Assembly (NCBI RefSeq): GCF_009914755.1
Contig: NC_060947.1
Reading direction: 5' to 3' (one strand)
DNA: 64,000 nt
Origin: the human T2T-CHM13v2.0 reference genome, Homo sapiens
Shown here: positions 44,186-59,541 of the stretch, in pieces
Layout: each line of letters opens with the position of its first letter
Position numbering within the stretch: position 1 is the first letter of the stretch
Translations under genes and position numbers: made by a program
The notes under the pieces: model-generated
What the model was told of the DNA's origin: nothing
Seen by the model: only the letters and a program-made list of their open reading frames with translations
Database searches by the model: none

Positions 44186-47100
44186 CTCTTCCACAATCAA
44201 TTTCTTCAGAAAGTTTGATGGCTGATGAAGACGGACCATAATATTTTATCCATGGCTTAACTTAACCCACAGAAGTTGGTCTCATACTGATGGTAATCTA
44301 TATTTGAAAAGCTTAGCATGAAGCCACATGACACTCAGTATTATATGACTTAATTACTTAAGTAATTAGATGCTACCCGAAACACAGAAGAAAAGGTCCT
44401 GAGTTTAGGACAAGTAAACCCTGCTAGCGGTTGGGAATGACAACAGGGAAAGAAAAGCTGAAGTTTTCTTGAGGAGGAAGGAAAAGCTCAGGGCATAGGG
44501 GATGAGATTCAGGATACAAATCTAATATAACAATTTTGCCTAAAGTTGGTAGGTTCAGATGTATGTACTGTACATGTAGGCCAAAGACCATTTGTCCAGG
44601 AGTTAGAACACCAGGGTTCTGTAGGTATATACATAAGAATGGAAGAATGAAATTATTAAAAAAACATTAAAAAAGAAAAAAAAAAGGAACACCTGGGTCC
44701 TAGATCCCTGTTACTCCTTAGTTCTGTGACTTTGGTAAATTATTTTTTCTCCCCGGGCTTGTTTCATTCTCCGTATAAGAAGAGGTTAGGTTTCCATTCA
44801 GTTATGCGTTATGTGATGTTATTATTTCACCCAATCAGAAATCTTAAAAATGACTTAATGAAAACCTTAAAGCTAAGTTAGAAAACAGTTCAGAATATTC
44901 TGAACAATAGTCAAATTAAAATGACCATTTCAAACAACTTCTAATTTTCCCTTTAGGGTACCTTCACCATGCAATTCAGCAGGCCACCACAGACAATAAA
45001 TATCCCTGTTCAATAAACACCAAGTTGAAAGTATAATATCCTTAAAGAACACTATCATTGGGTAATGACAATGGAGCATTTTAGGAAGAGGCAATTAAAA
45101 GCAGAGGATAATCTGGTTTCAGTATATTGTATTAAAGCTGAAAACCACTGACTAATCTACATCTTCTTGTAGTTTCGCAGAGAAATCTCAGAAGAAAAAA
45201 ACTGGTAAAAATGTAAAAGGAGTGGAAAAAATTCTGTCTCTCTCATGCTGTCACTCATTCATTCTCTCTCATTCTCATGATTGGAGAAAAAATACTGATA
45301 CCTATAGAGATATTTTGGTGACTGTACTTGCTATCCATAGTATCTGTTATTTTTAGAGTTAGATTGATTTACGTCTACTTGATTAATTCACATCAACAAT
45401 AAAAAGCAGGAGAGGGTCCCTCAAAACAGGAAGAGGTGGAAGAAACTTATAATTTGTCAAGATATGAGTATCTTTATTTTAGATATATAAAGCTTGGAAT
45501 ACAGAATAATACCTAGAATCCAAGAAAGCCAATATTTCATGATAGTCCATGTTGTATGGAGGAAGGCATTCTATGATAGAATATGGCATGGCCCATTACT
45601 CAGTCTTTCTTCTTCGCTAACTTGTCTCTCATCTGTGAGGTTCCACACACTCTTTTCAATAATCCAGTTAAACTCTGAAAAAGCACTTTAGCCTATTCTC
45701 CTTTTATGACTCCCCTCCCAACACAGAAACCTAAAAGTATCAAGAACCCAAAAGCAACCTATTGGCTTGCACTGAATGCCTGTGCCCCTGGGAACACACC
45801 ACGGATAGTTGAGGAATCACCATCATTATTCCCCAGGACTAGTTTCCCTCCCTTGAGTACGATTTACATTTTATTTGGAAGTTATGTATATAAAAAAAGT
45901 CCTAGTGGATTCCCATGTTGTTAGAAATGATTCTTTTTCTTTGGCTCTCATTTAAAAATGAGAATTACAAGAGAATCTCTCAGGACTCTTTATTGTTGCT
46001 TAATAAAACACATTAGTGGTATAGCTGTCCCTTGACTGGAGCTCAACCGGAGCTCAAACAGCACAATGTGGGAAGCGTGAATTATTACATCATCCTTCAC
46101 TCTGTTTGTGCTTTTTCACTTAATAATGCTCTTTTACATAAAGTGTAAGTGGGCCACCTAAGAAATGATTACAGTCTCATGCTTAATAGGTGGCACATTC
46201 GCTTGCTGCTGCCTCTGCAAAAGTTGTTCCGTGATCAAAGCATTTAATTTTTATTTCAATCCTCTTTCATTATTTCTGTTAACAAATTTTGGCACCAAAT
46301 AAAGGAACACATACATAAATGAAGTAATAAACAGCTTGTTCCTGGAGAAAATTGAGTGTTAGCAGAGACATGCTACTATTGATAATTCAACTAAAGTGTT
46401 TATAACTTATCATTCCTTATTAGAAAGTACTGTGACATTTCACTGTACCAGTTTAGTCCTCCTACCCCCAAAGGATTCCTTAAGATAAACAAGCATATGT
46501 GTTTGAAAAATAAAATAAAATAAAAAAAAGAACAGTAGTAGATTTGCTGAGAAAAATACATCCAAAGTCAATCTATGGGGATGCTGGAATGTTCTCTATT
46601 TAGTTTTGTTTATTTTCTACTCATATTTCTATGCAAGAATGTGGAGTAATAATTAAGGCATTTCTAAGGAAATGAGCATAATTATTGATTTGCAGTGTTA
46701 TTTATGGAGAAGCCACTAGCAAGATGCATTTATGCCTAGGGTTTATTTTTGTCTTGATTAGGAAGTAACCATATGAATTGAGCGCTATCACAAATGGATT
46801 ATGTACCTCATTTGTTTACTGAAACTCTGGGTTCTTTGTGGGCATGGACCTGAAGGGGATGGTAAGGCCCCTCCTCATATTTTCTCTAAGTTCAGAGATT
46901 TAATACCAGTTTTAAGGAGTTTGTTTTCTCGTCTGCAAGAATTGAGCCTCTGGGCTCTTATGCTTTCATGTTTATCCTTGGAAAAGCAATACGTCTATAT
47001 TATGAGGTACTTTTAGTAAGACATTTATTACTTATAATCTTTAAAATATTGTTGTATTTTCATTAAAGTTTATAGTGATTTTCTCTTGCAACTTGATCCA

Positions 47101-47597
47101 GACCCTGGAATTCATGCGAAATGGCTTAAATTTTCTGTATTTTTGAGATTAAAAACAAACGCACATACTAGTAAGACATTTGTAATAGGTGGAGTATGTG
47201 TGACATTAAAACTACAGGATTATAATGGCTCTACCGTGACCACTTTGACTTATTTAGGACATTTATTAAAGGTCAGAGAAATGCTGCTTTTAGGTGTCAA
47301 TGGAACCAATGGTAATTTGAAATTCAAAAGGTTATCATACCCTCTCTGCAGCAAATTTGGCTTTCTCTCCCTCCTCCCTACCCTGTCCTCACTCTCAATT
47401 GTAAAAACAATATTATAACATCTAAGAGTGCTCAGAGAAAAAACTTCAAATTCCTAATATCACTACTATCATTTCTGTTTGTTGGTTTTACTCTTTGCCC
47501 ATACACATTTATGTTTTTAAACATAGTAGCAATCATACAACACTGTATTCTTAAACATATTCAACCTGTATATTGTATTTAATACATGATATTGTAT

Positions 47598-47880
47598 TCT
47601 TTTTAAATGTTTATTTTACTTTTTAAATCGACAAATAAAATTGTACATATTTGTCATGTACAACATGACATTTTGAAATCCATGTATTTGTGGAATGGTT
47701 AAATTGAGCTAATCAACATATGCATTATCTCACATAATTATCGTTTTTGTGGTGAGAATACTTAAAGTGTAAATTCGTAACATTTTTCAAGACTACAATA
47801 TGTTGTTATTAACGACAGTCACCATGTTATACAATAGATCTCTTGAACTTATTCCTCCTATGTAACTGAAATTTGTATTT
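47598..47880 (-). mobile_element. L1MA-type 3' end
   Basis: gacaaataaaattgtacatatt...cagtcaccatgttatacaatagatctcttgaacttattcc. Confidence 0.8.
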
Positions 47881-47927
47881 TGCTTGTTATTCTCAACTCT
47901 CTTTTGAAAAGAGACCTGGAATTTTCT

Positions 47928-48231
47928 TTCTTTCTTTCTTTTATTTTTTTATTTTTTGAGATGGAGTCTCGCTCTGTTGCCTAGGCTGGAGTGCAGTGGC
48001 GTGATCACTGCAACCTCCGCCTCCGGGGTTCATGCCATTCTCCTGTCTCAGCCTCCTGAGTAGCTGGGATTACAGGCACGTGCCATAACGCCTGGCTAAT
48101 TTTTTGTATTTTCAGTAGAGACGGGGTTTCACCGTGTTAGCCAGGCTGGTCTCGATCTCCTGACCTCGTGATCCACCTGCCTCGGTCTCCCAAAGTGCTG
48201 AGATTACAGGCGTGAGCTACCGCGCCCGGCC
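47928..48231 (-). mobile_element. Alu (Y/Sc-like)
   Basis: Reverse Alu; degenerate TSD gagacctggaattttct/gagatctgacattttct. Confidence 0.92.
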
Positions 48232-48275
48232 GAGATCTGACATTTTCTGTAGGGATATTCTAGCTGGAAGAAGTC

Positions 48276-48310
<35 letters not shown>

Positions 48311-48311
48311 A
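48276..48311. repeat. (GA)n microsatellite
   Basis: Direct read. Confidence 0.9.
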
Positions 48312-49039
48312 AATGTGTTGATTGTGTGAGTTTCAGGCTTTTCAAAAGTGATGTAACATTTACCTTAGATTTTCTTAACCAGAAATTTGAACCCAACCAT
48401 CTTGGCTTGGAAAAGGGTACGGAATGTAATTAAACTAAAATTTGTGAATGAAAGTAGAGCAGCATTTTCTTTCTGCCAGATTGCTAATTAAATGCCACGG
48501 AAGACTTGCATATTTAATTTTAGCCATGTAAAGAATGTGCAATAGTTGGTAGGCAAGAGTTTTGGCCAGGAAAGAAATGATTATATTTTTAGATCATTTT
48601 GCTACCCCTGTTAATTTATTATTCTGTGATGTAGCTCCAGTTTAGAAATGGAAACGTTCCTTGATTTGATCCAGAGTTAGGGTTTTGCCAGGCGAAAGGG
48701 CAAAGTACTTGAGAATATCAGCAGAAGAATGATCGAAGTGATGGGCTGTGAGTTCTAGGCAGAAAGGGCAGGAGATGGAGGCAGATGAAGGTTGATAGAT
48801 GAAGACAAAGTAGGGGATGTCAAGGGGCCGGAGTTCTCTGTAATAAGAACAGACGGTAGTGGTAAAAATAGAGCAAGAGAGCTGGAAGACTGGGGGTTGT
48901 GTTCAGCAGGTTTATTAAATTTGAAATAAAATCTGAAATGCAAGTGAGTTGGCCTATTTAAAAAGTTTTTTTTTTTTTTTTTGGCTTTTATGTTGTGAAA
49001 CATTGGGACAAGAACAGAGAATAAGGCATGGGAATAGAA

Positions 49040-49420
49040 ATCCATTCATTAAGTTATTCATGCATTAATGCAATAGTTACCTTGCTTAGCCCCTCCTATG
49101 TGCCAGATACTATGTTGAGTGAGGGAAATACAGTAGTGAACAAGGCAGAAAATTTTCAGTTGGTTTGACATTTATACTCTAATGGAGGAGTCAGGCACTT
49201 AACAAATAAAATATCAAGTTGTAATACGAAAAAGAAATTATAGGAAGGGCATAGAGGTATGAGGGCTGGGGAGCAAATATGATGGTCAGACAAGTGAAAG
49301 GGGGATAGAGGAAGGGGAACATGAAGGAAATGAGGGAGGAGGCTAAGTAGAGATCTGAAGAGAGGGCAAAAGAACCGCAAGTGCAAAGGTCCTGAGAGGG
49401 GAATATGCTGGGCAGGTCTA
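49040..49420 (-). mobile_element. L2 fragment
   Basis: cattcatt...cctatgtgccagatactatg...aagtgcaaaggtcctgag. Confidence 0.65.
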
Positions 49421-50239
49421 TCCCTACCATGTGGCAAGCCCAGAGCAAGAGTACACACGGAAACCCACATACTCTATGCCTGATTGTGAAAAGTTATAAA
49501 ATATTATAAAATGTATTCTATCATCTTCTTGACATATCAATATTGGCCTGGAAGGCCAGGTCCAGATTTAGAGTTCTTGGCCTCCTCAGAGTTCTGCACC
49601 AGAACCTGATGGTACAGGGTGAGCCAGCCCCTGGCTCCTGAGCCCAGCCAGAGGTCAAGCTCCCTTTCTCTTCCCACCCCAGAATCCTCCAAACACCACG
49701 AGGGGTCTTGCACAATGTGGATGGACACCCTGCCTACGTGTCCAAGCTCTGTTTACACAGCCCCAAACAACTGCCCTTTGATGGTTCCTTGGGACTAGAG
49801 ATGTGCTCATTTGTAACACGGTCTGCTGTTGGGAAGATGGACCAGGGAAGGGGACCATGGTGGCTGTGGAAGCCAGCTCTTGGTCCCCTGGGCAGTGTAT
49901 TCTGGGGTCCTGGTACCTGGATTGTGGTCTAGGTGGGGCACAGGCTCTGGATGGGCATAGCCTTTTGACCCTACTGACTCCTGCCCTATGGGGAAGAATG
50001 TGGCTATGGGGGGTATCAGAGCAGAACCCATTAAATCATGGGGCTCAGGGAAGTAGCCCCTTTTGCTGCTTGCTACCTTTGAGTGTGGCATTTTTGCTTG
50101 CTACCTTTGAGGAGGAACAAGGAAGCTATTCCTATATCCTCAGGATTTGAACTGTGATGATGGAGGAGATATGAAGCTTTCGTTCTGTAGAGGGTCTATA
50201 AAAAGTAAAGGAAGGAAGAAAAGGAAACCAGAATGTATG

Positions 50240-50475
50240 GAGCATCTGTGCTGAGCCTGGCTGTGTGAAATACACTTTTGCTTGTGTGATCTAATTTAAT
50301 CTCCCGAATAACCCCGGGAAGTAGACTTTGCGTGCTCCTGCATAAGGTTAAGAAAATAAACTTAAGGAGGTCACTTCCGTGCCCAGAGTCACATAGCCAA
50401 TGAGCCAGGGAGCACAGGCTCAAACCCAGGGCTCTGGCTATTTCTAAAGCCCATATTCTTTCCACTACAACACAT
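50240..50475 (-). mobile_element. MIR SINE
   Basis: tttaatctc...gcccagagtcacatagcca...ctcaaacccagg...ctttccactacaaca. Confidence 0.65.
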
Positions 50476-50689
50476 TGCTTTGAAAGACCTCCTCAAAGAA
50501 AGACTTCCTCAAAGAAAGACTTCATTTGTAATGAGAGTAAAGAGCAATATAGAAAGTAAAATCTCACACTGTTCAGACATGAAAATCACGGCAGGAATCC
50601 TCATTCCAGGACTGATTCCTGTCTTGAGGTCCCCAGCTCTCCTGGGAGTCCTTGACAACAGTATGTGAGTTTATGAGCTTTAGGTATTT

Positions 50690-51590
50690 TTAAAAATTGA
50701 GGTAAAATTTATCTAGGGTGAAATGCACAGATCTCAGACATACAATTTGAAGAGGTGTTTTTATTTTTTTGCAAATGCAAACACTCATGTAACCACTACC
50801 CCAATCAAGACAACAGGGGGACTCTAGCCAATAATAATTTAATTGTACATTTAAAGAGAACTAAAAGAGTATAATTGGATTGTTTGTAACACAAAGGATA
50901 AATGCTTGAGGGTACGGATACTCAATTTTCATGAAGTGATTATTATGCATTGCATGCCTGTACCAAAATATCTCATGTACCCCATAAATATATACACCTA
51001 CTATGTACCCACAGAAACTAAAAATACAGAAAAAATTTAAAAAGATATTTATTTCCTCAAGACACGTCCCTCGCTCCAGAAATTTCCCTGTGCCTCTTTC
51101 TAGGTAATCTCCCCACACAATAGGCAAACACTGCTCTGATTTCTATTACTATGGATTTGTTTGACCTGGTTTAGAACTTCATGTAAATAGAATCACACAG
51201 TATGTATTCTTTCTTTTGTATGTGACTTTTTGCTCAGCATGTTTTTCAAGATTTATCCATATTATTGGATAAAAGGTGTTCTCTCCTTTTTATAGCTAAG
51301 TAGTATTTCAGTGTATGAATATATCACAATTTGTTTATTCTTTCACCTATTGATAGGCACTTGGGCTCTTTTCTATTTTTGGCTTATAAATAAGGCTGGC
51401 ATAAACATTCTTGTACATGTCTTTTTATGAATATGTGTATTCATTTATTTTGGGCATATATCTATGAAGGGAATTGCCTTGTTGTATGGTAGGGGTAGGT
51501 TTAATTTTTTAAGTAACTGCTAAAGTTTTCCAAAGTTGTTACAGCATTTTACACTCTTACCAGCAATGTATAAGAGTTTCAGTTGATAAG
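50690..51590 (-). mobile_element. Old L1M 3' region containing a plus-strand L1MA 3' end (about 50810-51040)
   Basis: aattgaggtaaaattta...gtaaccactacccc; insert has aaaatatctcatgtaccccataaatatatacacctactatgtacccac. Confidence 0.75.
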
Positions 51591-51837
51591 CTTCTGTAAA
51601 TTTAAAATATTTAATTTTGAAATATTTTAATCATAAAAAGAAAGGATAATATTAATAACTGATAACCATGTATCTATCACTAAGATTTAACTTGTTAATG
51701 ATTTCCTGTATTTGTGTCAGGTCTTAATAAGTGAAATATTACAGATATACTCAAAGGCCGTCTCCCCCATCTTCATCCTTTTCCTCCTCCCTGGAAGTTA
51801 CAATCATCCTGAAGTTGCTGTGTATCCTTACCATGTC

Positions 51838-52156
<319 letters not shown>

Positions 52157-53259
52157 TATTTTTAGATATAGGACATAGTATATGAACCATTTTCAATATT
52201 TCAACAATTCTAAAAAAGATGATGTATTTTTCTATGACACATCTGGGCATAGTATTTGAAATAGCAGCCATCTTAATAAAAAAGTCAATTTAATACTTTA
52301 AACATTTTTATTTCCTGCTTATTGTTATTTATTGATTCTAATGTATATTAATTAGGTTGTTTACTCAAAATTTATAGAAAATGGGGAATATTAATTTTTA
52401 TTTTAAAAGGTAGATTATGTGGCAGATGAAAATCTTTCAAAGCTTGGAATCCTTCAAGGGAAAGCAATGAAGAAGTTCTTGGCGGTTGTACTGGTGGGAA
52501 CTGTAGAGCTAATACAACCCTCCTGTATTATGGATAAGAAAAAACCGAGTCACATACCAGTTGTGACTTGCTAGGTTTTTGCAGTTAAAGCATACCAGCT
52601 CAGGACCAGAACCAGGCCTTCTGATATCCATTCTAGAATTCTCTTGATCACCCCATGCAGCTTCCATGCCACTGAAGGCGATCAAAGATGGAGAAGGAAG
52701 AAAGGAGAGAAGAAAATGTGATGTGGAGGCGGGAGGAAGGAAAAACTTCATAAAAACACGACGGCAGAAATGTGGTATTTTAAGCAAGACGTTTGCCCTT
52801 CATATGAATGATTCTTGGATTTTTGGTGTATATTTTTGGTAGCAGTATGCGGTGAGTCACTAACAAAGAGCTTGAGACAGATGAGTTAACATAAATGGAC
52901 CAAAATAAGCTGTGGTCTCTAGGCTGAGCAGCTGTTGGACAGACCTGCCAATATTTTATTTCCCAGAGACACTTGCAGTGGATTAAAGTGAGCACGCGGC
53001 AAATGCCTCATTAGAAAATTCCATACCTTTCAGAGTTTCCTGTGCCTGAGATGCGGCTTTCCAGGGGAAAGGCAAAAACTCCTAGCTATTTATTGAAGTT
53101 TCACTGTGTGGAAGAGGGTAGGCAAGAGGGGCTTGTTGGTGGAGGGATAACACAGAGAGGCAGAGGAATCAGAAAGTCTTAGGTTTTCAGCCCCAGTTGT
53201 GCCACTAAGCTGTGTAACTGAGGTGGGACTCCTTTAGCCTTCTCTGTGGTTGTTTTTCA

Positions 53260-53622
<363 letters not shown>

Positions 53623-54809
53623 TTATAGTTTTCATTAATTAAGTGCTAACTTTGTGCCAGGCACCTTGCAAAATGCTTTACATACTGATATTTCTCCTCC
53701 ATGAAACCTTTGAGGTTGTTTCAACAGTAGTCTCATTTTCAGATAAAGAAACCGAGGCTTAAAGATAGTAAGAAACCTACCTGAAGTCACGTAGCGAGCA
53801 GTGGCAGAGCCTGGACTCAAGCCTGAGACTGTCACAGATATTTGGCTGCTTAATCACCGTTCTGCATTGCCCTTTCTTTCTAAGCAGGACATTAGGAACT
53901 CGTTGCCTTCACATCCCTCTTCCTCTCCACCATTTTATATGTTTCAAATCGTTATGCTTCAACTGGACTGTAGTGGATTTCCAGGTCCTAATTGGAGCAC
54001 CTTGCTGCATCCACATATATATACTATGGACTGTGGATGAATGACATTAAAGATAGTAAATCAAATTCAGGACACACACCTCATGCAAGACAGAAATAGT
54101 GTTGAGTGGAGCACAGCAAGGCCATTTGATTCACTGGATCTTCGTCGGCTTGAGTATTTTGTACGTTCTCTCCACTGGACACTCTGTACCCAATGTTCCA
54201 ACTGATTTCGCTGGCAGAGACGTCTTATGAGAAGATACCTTATTTGAAGAGCCGTTTCAATAACCTCCTCTATCCTGATTTAATATGATATGGCCATGGC
54301 AACGGCAGTAATAGTGGCAGCTCCTTTGTTCCCTTTTGTGAATGACATACAATTTAAGCACCTTTTTGCACAGCCTCTCTTCCAGTGAAGACATCAGATG
54401 TAGGGAGAACATCCTTATCTTTAATATAAAATAAAATAAATAAACTCTAAGATTGTGGGTGATGTTATCTAACTTCTGTTCAAGATGAGTCTTTAGTTGG
54501 TTACTTAAAATATTGTCTTTAAGTTCTACTGGGATATTTATGAGTGAAATCACACTTTCCATACTTCTGTCTTTGATGTCTGCCTCTATAGAAATGGAGA
54601 ACTGAAACAATATCTAATAATTCAAACCAAAAAGCCAGCGCTGCTTATATTGTACTATTTGGATGTTTTAAAGTATAGAAACTTTGAGCTGAAAGGGAAG
54701 GAAATAAACATTCAATCTTCTTGTTTTAAAAACCGTTTTACTGAGGTGTGATTGACATACAAAACACACTCAACCTTCTAAGTCAAAAAGCAAGTGTTAC
54801 AGTATGAAA

Positions 54810-55307
54810 GATTACATTAATGACCTTACTTCTTCACCTCTTCCTTTACCAGGTGACCTTGGAATTTCATCCACTGAAGAGCCAGAGTCTATTTTCCTTT
54901 CCTTTGAATCTGGGCTGGCCCTGTAACTTGTTTTGGGCAATAGAATGTGGTGGAAGTGATGGTGGGCCAGTTCCAGGTCCAGGTCTCAAAAGGCCTTGAG
55001 TGTTTTCACTTACTTCTGTGTTTGCCACGAGAACATATCCAGGTTATCCTGTTGGAAGATGGGACATGAGGAGCAGAGTTGAGTCATTCTAGTCATTGCA
55101 GCTGAGGTTATCCTAGATTAGCTGAGCTGCAGATGACTGTAAGATCCATGAGTGAGTCCAGTTGAAATCAGAAGCACTGTCCATCTGAGCCCAGCCTAAA
55201 TTGCCAACCCACAGACTTGTGAACACAATAAATGGTTATTGTTTAAAGACACTGAGTCTTGGGGTGTTTTATTACACAGAATTATGTGGTCACTGATAAC
55301 TGATACA
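54810..55307 (+). mobile_element. MLT1 (G/H-like) LTR
   Basis: tttgaatctgggctggccctg...caatagaatgtggtggaagtga...cccagcctaaattgccaacccacaga...gataactgataca. Confidence 0.75.
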
Positions 55308-55899
55308 GAAAGTGAGGCTTTAGTTGTCAGGAAAACATCCAGGAAGTACCTAAGGATTGGAAGGATTGCAGGAAGTAGCAAGAATCAAACTGCGATTTAA
55401 CAGTAATTTGAAGTCTTTGCAAATCAGCATGGCTATGGATCCCCTGCCAATAGTTATGCTGCATGCATGTACTGAGTCTATTATTAGCAAGACTCTGTGC
55501 TAGGTAGAATACCTAGTGAATGGGAGTCCAGGAGAAGTAAAAGTAAATGGTGGACCTGATTAAGAGAGGCTGACCATGGGAATGAAAGTGGGCCACATGG
55601 CTGATGACATTTATAGTGGTAGAGAATAGTGAATTCAAGGAGCTGGGTGTGGGGCCAAGGGTCAAGGAAAGACCAGTGAAAACAAGACGAAGTTAAAGGC
55701 CCAGATAAAGAGAAAGATACTGAATCTCAGTCATGGAAGAAAATGCCTATATTAGATACAGATGTGCTGGGAAATTAACATCTCCAGCCCCAACCTGCCA
55801 GCAGCAATCCTCAACCAATGACCCCTGGTCTCTCGGCTCTTGGGTAGGATAATTCTCTTTTTTTAAAAAACATAATTTCTTTTTAAATATTTTTTTAAT

Positions 55900-56835
<936 letters not shown>

Positions 56836-57229
56836 GGTAATTCTGAAGCATGTATTTTATCCCTTCCTCATAATTTCCCCCACTGAATTAAGCTCCAGTC
56901 ACCTACTGTGGCAGCTGGCTTAATAACACACCCTTTATCTGCTGTCTTCACTTCCCCACTTACTCCAAGGCCCCTAGATTCCTCTCTGTTCCTTAAACAA
57001 GCTCAGTTACTTCCTGCGCTAGGGCCTTTGTGGTTTTACCCTCTGCCTGAAATGCTCCTCTTCTGACATGTGCATGGCTGCCATCTTCTTGTTATTCAGG
57101 CTTAAAGTTCACCTTGTTAAAGAAGCCTTGCCTGGTCACCAAATCTAAAGTACCTTCATCATCTGATCTTAATTTTCCACATTGCTTTTTTCACTATCAG
57201 ATGTTTTACTTATTTGTTTGCTTGTTTTC

Positions 57230-57815
57230 ATATGTTGTTGGTAAGAGTGTAAATTAGCACAAAACCTCTGGGAAGGTTGTTGGGCAGTAACTACCAAAGC
57301 CACCTATGATCCAGCAATTTCATTCCTAAGTATATATTTAGGAGGAATGTATATTTATGTCCATCAAAAGCCATATTCAAGAATGTTTACTGCAGCTTTA
57401 TTCATAACCGGGACCAAACCAAATGTTCATCAATAGGAAAATAGATAAATAAATTGTGAAATATTCAATGGAATATCCTCAATGGAATACTATACAGCAA
57501 TGAAAAGAATGAGCTACTGCTATACACAACCACATGGATGAATATCACAGAAATGATGAAGAACAAAAGAAGCCTGGCACAAAAGAGAACATATTATATG
57601 ATTCCACTTATATGGCATTCGAGAACAGGGAAAACTATAGAGGTAGGATTTGAAATAGTGGTTACCTCTGGACAGGAGGATATTGACTGGGAGGGAGCAT
57701 GGGGTGTATATATTACATGGGTATATACATATTTAATAAGTCATTGAGGTATATACTTAAGATTTGTGCATAGTGTATGTATGTCATACATGAATAAAAA
57801 TAAAAATTAAAAAAT
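57230..57815 (+). mobile_element. Old L1M 3' end
   Basis: ctatgatccagcaatt...aatggaatactatacagcaatgaaaagaatgagctactgctata...gattccacttatat. Confidence 0.75.
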
Positions 57816-59089
57816 AGGTTTCATGAGAATGAGAACATTTTCAGACTTGGGGACTATTACCCGACACAGAGTGTGCCACCACTAAGAACTCGTTGACTGA
57901 GCAAATGTGTAAATATAGATTTGCTTTTTTTTCCCAAAGAATTTAAACTAAAAATTAAGTTTTATTGAATATCTACTCTATGTACTGTATATTGTAGAGG
58001 AATCAAATGTGAATCAGCCTAACAAGAAATACACGGCTGATTATATAAAATGGCAGCATGTAATAAATGCTGTCAAAGCAGATGCTAAACAAACTGTTAG
58101 CAGAGCTAGAGAGAGAGAGTCGTTTCAACTGCAGCTTTGGGGAAGTGAGAGTTGTTCTGAACCAGGAAATATTTCTGCAGGTAGGGCTGGATCAGAGTGG
58201 AGACAAAGAAAGGGGTGGCTGTGAGTGGCAGGGAAGAAAGCCTCAGAGGCAAGGAAGCCCAGGGCATGTTCAGGAAATGAAGAAATCTGAAGTAGCTGAA
58301 GTCAGGGGAGGAGAGTCTCAGGGGAGGAGAGTCACAGGAGAGTGAAAGATGAGTGTCTGTCAAAGCAGGTTGGGGCCTGCTCAGAAAAGGCCTGGACAAC
58401 TTTGCAAGTAGTGTGGCCTTCACTCCATGCATAGGGATGAGGTTTTAAAGCAGAAAAGTGATTTTGAAGGGTGAATTTTTTTCCTTCCTAAATTAATATT
58501 AAAAAATACGTTATAAAAGTCTGAAAAGCCAGGGTACATAAAGGATAAAAACCTGATATTCACCACTATCACTTTCATATGTCAACTCTGAGATACTTTT
58601 TTTTTTTAAAAAAATTGAGATATAACTCAAATGCCATCAAATTAACCATTTCAGAGTATACAATTCCGTGGGTTTTAGTATATTCACAAGGTTATGGAAC
58701 CATCGCCATTAATTCCAGAATATTTACATCACCTCAAAAAGAAACCTCATACCCATTAGCAGTCACTCCTCATTCTCCCTCCCCTGGCAACCACGAATCT
58801 ACTTTATGTCCCATGGGTTTTTCCAGAAATACTTTCCTATGTGTATATTTATAAACACACACACACGTTTCTCTCCCCCTTCCCACATGCAAGTTGAATT
58901 GTCACATACTGCTTAATAAGCTGTGTTGACTCTGATATCAGGAATATATCAGATCCATTTGTGAAAAATTAGTCTGGGTGTCAGGGCCAAGGACGGATTG
59001 GAAAAAAAGAGGTTGGAGGCAGTGAGACTGTTTAGCAATGCCTGCAGTAGGGGAGGTTACGTGGGCCTGAACTAGGATGCCAGCAGGGT

Positions 59090-59541
59090 AGTGGATGCTG
59101 TGGTGAGCCTCTAAGATCCCCACTCCAGGAATGAGACACTCATTACCCCAGTGGCAGGAAATGTTGGTGACTGATGGCTTTCAGTGGAATTTCTTTCTGG
59201 GACTTGCTCTCAGCTGAAGAGACCTTACTAGCTCCAAATCACAGACTTTCTCTGGAGCAGCCCACATCTAATAATTCGTCAATGGTGCGAGGGGGTGTTA
59301 CAAAGGCCCAGGCACTGTTCCCAATTTGGAAAATCAGCAAAGGTCCATCCTGGCTCCAGAGCTCCCCTTAGGGTCAACTGATACTTTTATTATGACTGTG
59401 TTGTAGCCCAACTCCTCCCTCTGCCTACTCCTGCTGCCCTTACTGCCCCATAGGTGCTGTTCCTGAGAGCATTCCTAATCAAATTCCTGTATTTAAATCT
59501 CTATCTCAGAGTCTGTTTTCCAGGGCACACAACCTGTGACA
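59090..59541 (+). mobile_element. LTR16-like ERVL LTR
   Basis: ctcagctgaagaga...aaatctctatctcagagtctgttttccaggg...caacctgtgaca. Confidence 0.6.
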
